Positions 17,045-25,804 of a stretch of DNA of 64,000 nucleotides are shown in pieces. Position numbers and translations under genes: made by a program. Location of the stretch: NCBI GenBank assembly GCA_937922985.1, contig CALAKV010000038.1, forward strand, positions 3,857 through 67,856, read 5' to 3'. The notes under the pieces are model-generated. The model searched no databases and was not told the DNA's origin. It saw nothing but the letters and a program-made list of their open reading frames with translations. Within the stretch, counting starts at the first letter, position 1, and every line of letters begins with the position of its first letter. This DNA comes from an uncultured bacterium (lineage in GTDB: Bacteria; Patescibacteriota; Saccharimonadia; Saccharimonadales; Saccharimonadaceae).

Positions 17045-18124
17045 TTACCTTTCTACTTTCTTATTTTTAATAAATAATCTCTTATATGCTTTTTTGCCAT
17101 TAACTAACGGCTGAGCAACTTTACTTTCTTCATTCCATAAACCACTCGAAAAACCTTTACCCTCACTCTCTGTTGCTCCAAATAGATCAAACTGCTCAGG
17201 ATTAAACTTATCAAGAAAAGTTATCGGTACACCCATTGCGCCGTCATAATCTTTGGGGATATCTTTAACTTTCGAAACTTCAATCGCGTCGTAGTTGTCA
17301 TATTTTGGGTAATCAAGCGGATTATATTTCTTCACTAAAACCATCTCTTCGTGGCGTTTTTTGATGTCTAAATTTGTATACCAATTTATTGCAGGAACTT
17401 TAATATAGTTATCCCCAAAATAACCTTTACTCTCACAAAATTTTCGGTTAGACTCTAAATCGTTTTCGTAAGGAGAAGTAAAAACCATACTTTGGTTAAA
17501 TCCATAACCAGTCCAAATTTTATTATTTTTTATTAATGGAAAAATTTCTTTATAAGTTATTGCGTTCATATTTCCCAAAATAATAAACTTTTTATCAAAT
17601 TTAATCAGTTGAGCCACATATTCACGAAACAACGAAAATGGCGGGTTGGTTACCACAATATCAGCTTGTTTGAGTAACTCTTTGCTCTCACTACTCCTAA
17701 AATCACCATCACCAATGAGTTTAGTCATTTTACCACCCTTTTCAGCTTTTTCTAAAATCTCTTTCACATCTTGCAAGTTAATTGCACCGTCGCCATTTTT
17801 GTCATAGACTTCATCGATTTCGATTTTATAAGGCTTGAGTAAATCTTCGAAAGATGAATTTCCCTTTTTGGCTGGCAATTCTTTGAAAGCTACAGGTGAA
17901 GCAATATAGCTGGTGGCAATCAATTTTTTAAGTTTTAGAGTGCTAAAATTTAGTACAAAATACTTGAAAAAGTTGCTCTCATAAGGGTCATCACAGTTGC
18001 AAAAAATTACCTTACCCTCAAAATGATGGCGATAGTGTGAAAGCTCTTTTTCGATATCCCTAAGCTGTGTGTAAAATTCATCATTTTTTGATTCTTTGGC
18101 GTTATGTAAATTTTTATTCGCCAC
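17045..18124 (-). CDS. N6-adenine DNA methyltransferase, EcoRI-methylase-like family
   Basis: 359 aa. It has NDEFYTQ and CNCDDP N-terminal motifs plus catalytic motif IV VVTNPPFS (NPPF, m6A class). Only 4 nt separate it from the downstream nuclease gene. Confidence 0.75.
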   Translation of the reverse strand: MANKNLHNAKESKNDEFYTQLRDIEKELSHYRHHFEGKVIFCNCDDPYESNFFKYFVLNFSTLKLKKLIATSYIASPVAFKELPAKKGNSSFEDLLKPYKIEIDEVYDKNGDGAINLQDVKEILEKAEKGGKMTKLIGDGDFRSSESKELLKQADIVVTNPPFSLFREYVAQLIKFDKKFIILGNMNAITYKEIFPLIKNNKIWTGYGFNQSMVFTSPYENDLESNRKFCESKGYFGDNYIKVPAINWYTNLDIKKRHEEMVLVKKYNPLDYPKYDNYDAIEVSKVKDIPKDYDGAMGVPITFLDKFNPEQFDLFGATESEGKGFSSGLWNEESKVAQPLVNGKKAYKRLFIKNKKVER

Positions 18125-18158
18125 GAAAAATCCTTTCCTTATGATGGAAAGCGATAAA

Positions 18159-18261
18159 GATACATTAAATAAAATAGAACACCCAACTTAGGGTGTCTAC
18201 AAAATTTAATGTATCTTCGAAAAACGAATCTCATGAAATTTTCCCTAAATTGGGTGTTCTA
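18159..18261. repeat. nested inverted repeats in the methyltransferase leader
   Basis: - GATACATTAAAT (18159-18170) pairs with ATTTAATGTATC (18204-18215).
- Inner pair: ACACCC (18179-18184) with GGGTGT (18191-18196).
- TAGAACACCCAA (18175-18186) alternatively pairs with TTGGGTGTTCTA (18250-18261). Confidence 0.7.
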
Positions 18262-18514
18262 TCCACGAGATTCAGAAAATCGAAAAAAGCTTTCCGAAAA
18301 TACATTACTTTAAATTTTATAGACATCTTAATTATATCAAAAAATAATTTTTTTGCAAAAAACTCAAGAGATTTTACAGCTTTTGTTCTTTTCTTCTTCC
18401 CTACATATAGCGTTATTGTATTTTTTAGTTTTACACATTCTACTATAGCTTTTCCACAAGCTGGTTTTTGGCTTTTGAAAATTTTTATTCATTTGGTGAG
18501 ATATTTATTTTAGG

Positions 18515-18591
18515 TTGTTCGCTTTTTTAAGTTTGACTTTCATGTGAAATGTTTTATTTTCAAAGACTCAATTTTAGTAAAAAGCGAACAA
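18515..18591. repeat. 13-bp inverted repeat flanking 51 bp
   Basis: TTGTTCGCTTTTT (18515-18527) and AAAAAGCGAACAA (18579-18591). Confidence 0.7.
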
Positions 18592-18672
18592 AATTTTTAA
18601 CTTTCGAAAAAGACACCCAACATCATAATTATGCTTGCTTTTTTAAATGAAACGCAGTAAAATAAAAAACGA

Positions 18673-18698
18673 GATTAAACTTCGGAAAAAGTTTAATC
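18673..18698. repeat. 10-bp perfect hairpin
   Basis: GATTAAACTT-cggaaa-AAGTTTAATC. Confidence 0.7.
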
Positions 18699-18845
18699 AG
18701 GTTTGGGCAAAAATTAGAAAAATAAGAAAGTTTTTCTAGCAACCTGTTACATTCATGCTTTTACATATTATTTTTTTCGTCACCCAAACGACGACGCACT
18801 TTTTGGCAAGGTTTAGAGAAATCTTGCAAAATATCCCTACATTAG

Positions 18846-18866
18846 GCGGTCAAAGTGGCCGCTTTT
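18846..18866 (+). terminator. plus-strand intrinsic terminator with no annotated upstream gene
   Basis: gcggtc-aaagt-ggccgc followed by tttt. The T-run is on the plus strand only. Confidence 0.45.
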
Positions 18867-18914
18867 AAATTTCATGAATATTAAGCCAAAAATAAAGCAC
18901 CCTTTTCAGAGTAC

Positions 18915-20603
18915 TTATTTTTTTTGCTTCTTTAAAGCTCGTTTTTTAGCTCTTTCAGCCTTCGCACGTTCAACATCTTCAATTCGCCCCTTTTCAGTAA
19001 CATCAAATTTATCAAGATATTTACCGAATGCTAAGCGAGTTTGCGAATATGCTGCTGCTGCTGCGTTATAACATATTGAAGTTACAGGCATATAAACCCA
19101 CTGCGCAACCATCCATAAAGAACGGCGTTTTCTATAGCGTTCTGGGCGTGGCGGTAGCATTTTTAAGCTAATCAAGATTGTGATAAAAATCCCCACAGTT
19201 GCAACTTGCTGAAGTGTACTAATCACATTTGGTAATTGATGCACAATCACGCTACGAGAAGAAGCAGCATAAACAATCAGTGGTACCCAACCGCCAAAGG
19301 CAGCCATTGGTGATTGAAAAACAGCTGTTACATGACCATCGATCAAGCGAATAAGTTTCATTAAGCCATCAACAATTGGCACATTGCGAGTTTTCGAAAA
19401 GTATAAATTAGCAACATATGGTATATCGCTTGCTCCGTACATCCAGCGACGAAGCTGAATAAACTGTGCCTTGAGTGTTTTTGGCAAAGTTTCACTTAGA
19501 ACCGCATCTTGGTAAATTGGCACACGAATCGGCACTACATAATAGTCGCCACCAAAATGAAAATAACTTCTCCAAAATTGATGACCATCTTCAACAATTG
19601 TGCGAGTTGACCAAAAATCCATTTCAACTAAAGCATCAAGAGGTTGTGAGTGTGAAGCAAAATTTCGTAAAAGATGCGGCCGCATTGTTGAAACGATATT
19701 CCAGAATGAGTTGCCAGTTGCAACCACACGCATTGGAGCTGGGACATCCCAAATATTATTCAAAAATAACGAAACTGGCTGATACGAAAGTCTTTTACGG
19801 TCTTCATGAACAATAAAACTATAAGTTGCGCAAGCAAAATATTCCTTATGCGGCTTATTATCGCTATCAAGCGTTGTAACGAGTACGTTTTCGAAAGGAA
19901 TTTTATTGTTTTCACAATATTTTTGAAGCGCTCGCCCAGCAAAAGTGATATTTCCGCCTTTTCCAACAACTTCATTTGGTAGATTTTTTGGGTGTTTCAC
20001 AATTTCAAAAGCACCAAAGCTTTTCGAAAATTCTTTTTTAAGCCTAATTGCAGTTTTTTCAATTTCTTCACCACCCCGCTCTTCATATGCCAAGAAAATA
20101 AGTAAGTTTTTTGCATCATAATTTGAAGCCAAAACAGATTGAACAGTTGGCTGAATCACTTCATAAGGCTCATTATAAGCTGCAATAATTACCGCATTTT
20201 TCACCTTTGACGGCTTTGGAAAGCTAGCTGGATTTTCTATAATATCATTCAAATTTCGAAGGTGGCTTTTAAACTCGTATTCATTATTTCTCTGATTTTT
20301 GAGAATATCTAAAGATTTTTCGGCATTCTCAAGCTCATTTAGACGTTTATTCCAGTCAACTTTTTGAGCTTTTTCAATCTGAAGATGACCCGTTATCATT
20401 CGATAGGCAATTCCAATCGCCTTGACAAGAAGAGTTGTGATAATCGTTAAAAGATAAAGAGAGGCTAAAAAAGGAGAAAAAGCCGAAAGTATAAACATTA
20501 AAATAATTGCGCCAAAACTCAAAAAAGCTGGCATAATTTCGAAAAAGCGATATTTAAAAGTTCGCTTTCCGAGTGGAATTTCAATATCAACTTTCTTGCT
20601 CAT
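18915..20603 (-). CDS. processive family-2 glycosyltransferase (cellulose/chitin-synthase-like) with TM domains
   Basis: 562 aa with VIIAAYNEPYEV, TLDSDNKP (DxD) and QLRRW (QxxRW) motifs, flanked by N- and C-terminal TM helices. Confidence 0.8.
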   Translation of the reverse strand: MSKKVDIEIPLGKRTFKYRFFEIMPAFLSFGAIILMFILSAFSPFLASLYLLTIITTLLVKAIGIAYRMITGHLQIEKAQKVDWNKRLNELENAEKSLDILKNQRNNEYEFKSHLRNLNDIIENPASFPKPSKVKNAVIIAAYNEPYEVIQPTVQSVLASNYDAKNLLIFLAYEERGGEEIEKTAIRLKKEFSKSFGAFEIVKHPKNLPNEVVGKGGNITFAGRALQKYCENNKIPFENVLVTTLDSDNKPHKEYFACATYSFIVHEDRKRLSYQPVSLFLNNIWDVPAPMRVVATGNSFWNIVSTMRPHLLRNFASHSQPLDALVEMDFWSTRTIVEDGHQFWRSYFHFGGDYYVVPIRVPIYQDAVLSETLPKTLKAQFIQLRRWMYGASDIPYVANLYFSKTRNVPIVDGLMKLIRLIDGHVTAVFQSPMAAFGGWVPLIVYAASSRSVIVHQLPNVISTLQQVATVGIFITILISLKMLPPRPERYRKRRSLWMVAQWVYMPVTSICYNAAAAAYSQTRLAFGKYLDKFDVTEKGRIEDVERAKAERAKKRALKKQKK

Positions 20604-20974
20604 TAGTTTGGAATCTCACGAATTGAAGTGCCTATAATTATCATGCCAACCAGAACAAGAATAATACTAAAAATTGCAAAAACCGCAGCCACACGCCTAC
20701 CAGAAATGTTATAAATTTTTGCGATAATAATATTATGAATAAATGAAATAATTAGACCAAAAATAGCCAAAACAACACGATAAGTCCAGGAATCTTTATA
20801 AAACTCACTAGCTCCAAAAACTGTATAACGCACGTTCAAAAGATAGTCATATGATTTTGTGTTTAAAATCATAAAAATAAAGAAAATAATTCCAGATAGA
20901 AATACAGAAGCCATCAAAATTAACATTTTGCGGTCTTTTAAAATTGGTTTAAATAAATTAGCTATTGTTTTCAT
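20603..20974 (-). CDS. hypothetical membrane protein
   Basis: 123 aa with 4 hydrophobic segments and a 1-nt overlap with the GT2 gene start. Confidence 0.5.
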   Translation of the reverse strand: MKTIANLFKPILKDRKMLILMASVFLSGIIFFIFMILNTKSYDYLLNVRYTVFGASEFYKDSWTYRVVLAIFGLIISFIHNIIIAKIYNISGRRVAAVFAIFSIILVLVGMIIIGTSIREIPN

Positions 20975-20985
20975 AAAAAATAAAT

Positions 20986-21061
20986 TGGAGCCGATGAGCA
21001 GGATTGAACTGCTGACCTACGCGTTACGAGTGCGTTGCTCTACCAACTGAGCTACATCGGC
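20986..21061 (-). tRNA. tRNA-Thr (CGT), CCA encoded
   Basis: Reverse complement: GCCGATG TA GCTC AGTTGGTA GAGC A ACGCA CTCGTAA CGCGT AGGTC AGCAG TTCAATC CTGCT CATCGGC T CCA. There is an A31-C39 mismatch. Confidence 0.85.
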
Positions 21062-21158
21062 ATATACTTAAATTATACCACAAACTTTTTGAAAAATAAA
21101 CCAAAAAAGTGCTTGATTTTTTGCTGGGAGTCTGATAAAATTGTATTAGTCTAATGAT

Positions 21159-21236
21159 GCGCTCGTGGTATAGTTGGCCTAGTACGCCTCCCTGTCACGG
21201 AGGAGATCGCCGGTTCGAATCCGGTCGGGCGCGCCA
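21159..21236 (+). tRNA. tRNA-Asp (GTC), CCA encoded
   Basis: GCGCTCG/CGGGCGC acceptor, CCTCC-CTGTCAC-GGAGG anticodon arm, GCCGG-TTCGAAT-CCGGT T-arm, then G-CCA. A TTGATT-17-TAAAAT promoter lies upstream. Confidence 0.9.
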
Positions 21237-21252
21237 AATCTAGACTTTAAAG

Positions 21253-21275
21253 AATCGCTTTCGGGCGATTTTTTA
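21253..21275 (+). terminator. intrinsic terminator after tRNA-Asp
   Basis: aatcgc-tttcgg-gcgatt followed by ttttt. Confidence 0.65.
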
Positions 21276-21332
21276 TTTTATTTAATCTATTAAGACAAAA
21301 ATAAAAAGCACAACTTTTGCTGTGCAATTTAT

Positions 21333-22382
21333 TTAGTCAACTTTAATATATTTTTGAATTTTACCGTCTTTTTCAAGCTGTTCAAGTTGTTTATTAAACT
21401 CGGTAAATTTAATTTTTATTGATTCATAACTAACTTCATTATCGGTTTTTTCAATCAATTTAACAATATAATAGCCATCACCCGAGTTTGAAATAAACGG
21501 TTTCGAAACTTCACCAACTTTCAATCCTGCCGCAATTTTAGAACGACCACCATCAATGTTAGTTTTTCGAACTTTTCCGGGTTTTGCATATTCAATTTTA
21601 TCGCCAAAATGTTCAACAGCTTTCGAAAAATTATTCGCATTTTCACTTAAATATTTTGAAACCTCATTTTTAAGATTTTCAGCCGTTTTATCAATTTGTG
21701 CAGTCACTTTTCGGCGAAGTAGCGGCAATTCGATAAACATTCGACGATATTCATTTGGCGAAAGACCGTAATTATAGGCCGCAATTTTATATAGGGCGCT
21801 TTCAGTCAGCTCGGTATTTGGTATTTTTCGCTGTGCATCAAAAGCTTCACTAATTTCTTTATCCGAAACTGAAATTCCAAGTTCACGAGCCTTTTTTTGA
21901 GCATAAGCATTAGCAATCGCATTTTTCATTGCTTTTGTTTTGTTCAAAGTAGAAAGAGCACTCGTGTTATTAGCCCCCTCTATTTCATCCTTATTAGCGT
22001 TTGCAATTTGCATATTTGCCCGATATTCCATTAAATAATCACTATAAAGTGCTTCCTCACCATCAACTTTTGCAATCGGAAACGGCAATATGGTTGTAAA
22101 ACGATAAACAAACTCACTAGTATTTTGAGCTTGATAAAGCTGATACCAAAGCAAGCTTGCACCCGTAATTAGAATTACACCAGCAATAATTAAGGCGTTA
22201 ATCACTAAACGATTTTTGCTATACTGCACAGGATATTTAAATTTTTTACCCTTATTCAAAATCTCACGACGTTGTTCTTCAAGTGTTGTATTTGTAATTT
22301 TTGCAATCTGGCTTTCGTGGGATTCAGGTTTTTTTGAAACCTTATCTCTAATTTTTTTGGCTTTTTCTCTAATATTCTTCAT
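21333..22382 (-). CDS. SurA/PrsA-like peptidyl-prolyl isomerase (PpiC-type), membrane anchored
   Basis: The likely start is MKNIREKAKK at 22382 (the ORF track extends to 22454). It has one TM segment, a SurA-N-like region, and a C-terminal parvulin-like segment GEVSKPFISNSGDGYYIVKL. Confidence 0.65.
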   Translation of the reverse strand: MKNIREKAKKIRDKVSKKPESHESQIAKITNTTLEEQRREILNKGKKFKYPVQYSKNRLVINALIIAGVILITGASLLWYQLYQAQNTSEFVYRFTTILPFPIAKVDGEEALYSDYLMEYRANMQIANANKDEIEGANNTSALSTLNKTKAMKNAIANAYAQKKARELGISVSDKEISEAFDAQRKIPNTELTESALYKIAAYNYGLSPNEYRRMFIELPLLRRKVTAQIDKTAENLKNEVSKYLSENANNFSKAVEHFGDKIEYAKPGKVRKTNIDGGRSKIAAGLKVGEVSKPFISNSGDGYYIVKLIEKTDNEVSYESIKIKFTEFNKQLEQLEKDGKIQKYIKVD

Positions 22383-22884
22383 TTTCTCCCTCCATTTCAA
22401 TTTTCGAAATCGCATCTTGAATTTTATTATAAATCTCTTCTGGATGTTCAACATTTTTAATTTCTAAATCACCCACAATCGTAAAAATATTGATTGTTCC
22501 AAAATGGAAAATTTCACCAAAAAAACCTGGTATTTCAAAATTAACACTTTGAATTTTCGAAAGCGGTAAGTCCATCATTTTTCGCCCAAAAAAGCCTTTT
22601 TGTGTAATCTGGCGAATCCGCTCGTTCGAAACAATATAAAGAGAATAATACCAAAGCATGAATTGATAAAAAAATAAAATCAAACCAACAATAAATCCAC
22701 CCAAAGCAATCCAAAGTGCATCCATTAGATTATCTGATGTTAGCATAAAAAATGTTGGCAAACAAGAAATCGCAAAAACGCCCAAAAAAAGGTAAAAACC
22801 CTTTCGCATTGCAATAATATGTTTTCGAAACATAAAGAGAAATTCTTCGTCTTCTCTTTGACCTTTAAAAATTTGTTCTTTCAT
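22369..22884 (-). CDS. PH-domain (bPH_2/YdbT-like) membrane protein
   Basis: 171 aa with two TM helices followed by ...IRQITQKGFFGRKMMDLPLSKIQSVNF, typical of bacterial PH domains. It ends with TAG. Confidence 0.6.
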   Translation of the reverse strand: MKEQIFKGQREDEEFLFMFRKHIIAMRKGFYLFLGVFAISCLPTFFMLTSDNLMDALWIALGGFIVGLILFFYQFMLWYYSLYIVSNERIRQITQKGFFGRKMMDLPLSKIQSVNFEIPGFFGEIFHFGTINIFTIVGDLEIKNVEHPEEIYNKIQDAISKIEMEGENEEY

Positions 22885-22896
22885 AAATAAATTTAG

Positions 22897-22973
22897 TGGT
22901 ACCCCGGATAGGAATCGAACCTATAACCTTTTCCTTAGGACGGAACTGCTCTATCCAATTGAGCTACCGAGGC
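22897..22973 (-). tRNA. tRNA-Arg (CCT), CCA encoded
   Basis: Reverse complement: GCCTCGG TA GCTC AATTGGATA GAGC A GTTCC GTCCTAA GGAAA AGGTT ATAGG TTCGATT CCTAT CCGGGGT A CCA. It has G1-U72 and G27-A43 non-Watson-Crick pairs and G32. Confidence 0.8.
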
Positions 22974-23016
22974 TCACTACTCTATTTTACCAGATTTTTA
23001 AAAAAATAGCGAGATT

Positions 23017-23526
23017 TTAACGCGTAAATTTTTCGTGAGGTGAAGTGTAGTCGTAAATTTCAAAATCCGAAAACCAGTGTGAAATTTCTTGCTTTGCTTC
23101 TTCAATGCTACCTGAAGCATGAATTAGATTCGGAATCCCAACATTATGCTCATCTGCATAGCCAAAACTCATGTGCGAATAATCACCGCGAATCGTACCA
23201 GGAAGCGCCGTTTTCGGTTCAGTTCCACCAACAAGTTTTCGCACCAATTCAACCGCCTCCACGCCTTCAAAAACCATTGCAATTACAGGCCCTTGAGTCA
23301 TAAATTCCAACGCCATATCAAAAGCTTTTTCACCGCGCCGTGTGACCATTTTGCCAATTCCTTCATAGTGCTTGTGATAATGCTCTTTGCTTGGGAAAAT
23401 CATTTTTGTGCCGATTATTTTCAAACCAACCCTTTCGAAACGCGTTAAAATTTCTCCCACAATTCCACGCTGAACAGCATCTGGCTTAAATAAAATTAAC
23501 GTTCGCTGAATTAATTCTTTCGACAT
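23017..23526 (-). CDS. ndk: nucleoside-diphosphate kinase
   Basis: RTLILFKPDAVQRGIVGEILTRFERVGLKIIG...NLIHASGS, including the active-site His context. Confidence 0.9.
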   Translation of the reverse strand: MSKELIQRTLILFKPDAVQRGIVGEILTRFERVGLKIIGTKMIFPSKEHYHKHYEGIGKMVTRRGEKAFDMALEFMTQGPVIAMVFEGVEAVELVRKLVGGTEPKTALPGTIRGDYSHMSFGYADEHNVGIPNLIHASGSIEEAKQEISHWFSDFEIYDYTSPHEKFTR

Positions 23527-23592
23527 AAAACTCCTTCTTAGACTTCTTCATAAATTATACTATTTTTTATAAAAAAATGCTATAATAAGATT

Positions 23593-24510
23593 ATGTATAT
23601 TTCTGAAGGAATTGAAGATTTTATTGAATCACTCGAAGTTGAAGGTGGCCGTTCGAAAAAGACGGCCGAGAATTATCGGCTTTATTTGGAGCGATTTGTT
23701 GAATTTGCGGGCGATATTCCAGCAAAAGAAATTACCTCAGAATTAGTTCGAAAGTATCGTTTATGGCTTAATCGTTACGAAAATGAATTTGGTAAAGATT
23801 TAGGGCGAGCTACACAAGCTTATCATTTGATTGCCCTTCGAAGATTTTTAACTTATCTTGCTCGGCGTGATATTAAAAGCTTAGAACCTTCAAAAATTGA
23901 GCTACCAAAAATTGTAAAGCCACAAGTGAATTTTTTGCATTACGAAGAAATTGAGCGCTTGATTGCTGAAATTCCAAATGAAACTGAAAGTGATTTACGA
24001 GACCGCGCAATTGTGGAATTACTATTTTCAAGCGGTTTGCGTGTTTCTGAGCTTGTAAATTTAAACCGTGGAAGCATCAATACGAAGCGGCGTGAATTTA
24101 CCGTTCGCGGAAAAGGAAACAAAGACCGACCAATTTTTATTTCGAAAAAAGCTGCAGAACATATCGAAAATTATTTAGACGCTCGAAATGACAACTTGCA
24201 ACCATTATTTTTAAATTATTCGCGGCGATACAAAAAACCTTCAACTGATGGAAATTATCGGCGAATTACACCGCGTTCGGTGCAAAGAATGGTTGAAAAA
24301 TACGCAAAACTTGCCGGAATTACAAAACATGTTTCGCCCCACACAATGCGACATTCTTTTGCAACAGATTTACTCGTGAATGGCGCGGATTTGCGCTCAG
24401 TGCAAGGAATGCTTGGCCACGCCAGCATTGCAACAACACAAATCTATACGCATATCACTGACCAGCATTTAAAAGAAATTCACGAGAAATTTCACAGCGA
24501 AACAGAATAA
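23593..24510 (+). CDS. tyrosine site-specific recombinase, XerC/XerD family
   Basis: 305 aa with an N-terminal SAM-like core-binding domain. The C-terminus has ...GLRVSEL...GKGNKDR...HTMRHSFATDLL...LGHASIATTQIYTH (R-H-R-Y catalytic set). Confidence 0.85.
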   Translation: MYISEGIEDFIESLEVEGGRSKKTAENYRLYLERFVEFAGDIPAKEITSELVRKYRLWLNRYENEFGKDLGRATQAYHLIALRRFLTYLARRDIKSLEPSKIELPKIVKPQVNFLHYEEIERLIAEIPNETESDLRDRAIVELLFSSGLRVSELVNLNRGSINTKRREFTVRGKGNKDRPIFISKKAAEHIENYLDARNDNLQPLFLNYSRRYKKPSTDGNYRRITPRSVQRMVEKYAKLAGITKHVSPHTMRHSFATDLLVNGADLRSVQGMLGHASIATTQIYTHITDQHLKEIHEKFHSETE

Positions 24511-24534
24511 AAGTGGCTATTTGAAAGCCACTTT

Positions 24535-25209
24535 TTATTTACCAAGAGTTCGAACAGTTAAATCGAATCTATTAACTGCACAATAATTACTTTTAATATT
24601 CCCCTCACAATTATATGTGCTTACATCTATATCCCCATTGTTTGGCGTTCCTAGGATATAAGAAATATTAACGATCATTTGGTTTGATGCACTATTTTTT
24701 AAATTAGGCGAGGTTGAAAAATTAATTCCATGTAATCGAAGATCGATTTCACTGCTAGTTAGGATCTCTGTAACACTGTTGTCACGAGGCACCCTTCGCC
24801 AAATTGTATTTTCGGCACCATCAGCACAATAAGATCTAGCAGTATCGCGAACTTTTACTAATTTAACGGCACTAATATCGCTAAAAACTATCTGTCTCCC
24901 ATCTCCTATATTCCACAAGTAGCTCACGGTTCCAGTGCAAAATGCGCCGGCTGCACCAGTAGATTTATAAATTTTACCATCAACACCGCCATTCCAATCA
25001 TCAAGCATTGGTGAAGAATTGAAAGTCTTAGTAAAATCTGCATTAATTGTGCGAGCAGCAGTGTTTAAATCTTTATAAGTTGTACCACGAGTAATTGTGT
25101 TCGTCATTTGAATAATTAAGCCAGCAACGCCAACGAGCAGAAATGCAATCACGCCCATTGCTAGCATTAATTCCATAATCGTAAAACCTTTTTTAGCTCC
25201 TTGGGTCAT
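24535..25209 (-). CDS. prepilin-type N-terminal cleavage/methylation domain protein (minor pilin/pseudopilin)
   Basis: N-terminus is KKG|FTIMELMLAMGVIAFLL (G-F-T-x-x-E motif). Confidence 0.75.
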   Translation of the reverse strand: MTQGAKKGFTIMELMLAMGVIAFLLVGVAGLIIQMTNTITRGTTYKDLNTAARTINADFTKTFNSSPMLDDWNGGVDGKIYKSTGAAGAFCTGTVSYLWNIGDGRQIVFSDISAVKLVKVRDTARSYCADGAENTIWRRVPRDNSVTEILTSSEIDLRLHGINFSTSPNLKNSASNQMIVNISYILGTPNNGDIDVSTYNCEGNIKSNYCAVNRFDLTVRTLGK

Positions 25210-25804
25210 ATAACCTCACAATCGTTCCAAGAGTTGTTTTTACGTTAGTTCCTGGCGCAGACCAACATGCACGAATATGAAAATCATAATATTTCGTATT
25301 TGGAGCATGAACTTTCTCAACCCAAATACCTTGTGCACTTCTATAAGGAAGATCATCGCGTAGCCAGTTCGCATTATTATCTTTATCATCACCGTAAGCA
25401 ATTCGTGGATAAGTTATAGCATTAACTATTTTTTCAGTGTGATAACCACGATTCGTCACCATATCTCTTGTTGAGATAACAAAAGCACTTGAGCCTCGAC
25501 TACATTCCCCAAGTGGGGTTGCTGAGCCTTGAGCATCTTTCGTTAAGCTATTTTTCCATAATTCTGCCGCAGGACTTGAAACTTCTGAACTATCTGCACG
25601 ATATTCAGAAATAAACGCCGCATTAGCAAAACGCAAAGCTTCCGCTTGAGTATCCATAGCATTTCGCGCCATAGTAAGCTGCAAACTTGCTAGTGCACGC
25701 GACATTCCATTATTCATTGCCGTCAACCCAATCATCATTACAGTTGCAAAAACAGCAATAGCAAGAAGCACTTCAATTAATGTATCACCTTTTCGAAATT
25801 TCAT
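25193..25804 (-). CDS. prepilin-type pseudopilin
   Basis: N-terminus is MKFRKG|DTLIEVLLAIAVFATV. It overlaps the downstream pilin gene by 17 nt. Confidence 0.7.
   Translation of the reverse strand: MKFRKGDTLIEVLLAIAVFATVMMIGLTAMNNGMSRALASLQLTMARNAMDTQAEALRFANAAFISEYRADSSEVSSPAAELWKNSLTKDAQGSATPLGECSRGSSAFVISTRDMVTNRGYHTEKIVNAITYPRIAYGDDKDNNANWLRDDLPYRSAQGIWVEKVHAPNTKYYDFHIRACWSAPGTNVKTTLGTIVRLYDPRS

Noticed and set aside
18193-18513. 106-aa ORF in the long intergenic region upstream of the methyltransferase
   Set aside because: It has a GTG start without an RBS, is Phe/Ile/Lys-rich low complexity, and overlaps the inverted-repeat structures. I treated the region as non-coding.
23593-24510. 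Tyrosine recombinase as the integrase of a mobile element carrying the pilin genes
   Set aside because: Its size and motifs fit housekeeping XerC/XerD. No flanking direct repeats, phage or transfer genes were seen. The tRNA-Arg 600 bp away shows no duplicated 3' segment.
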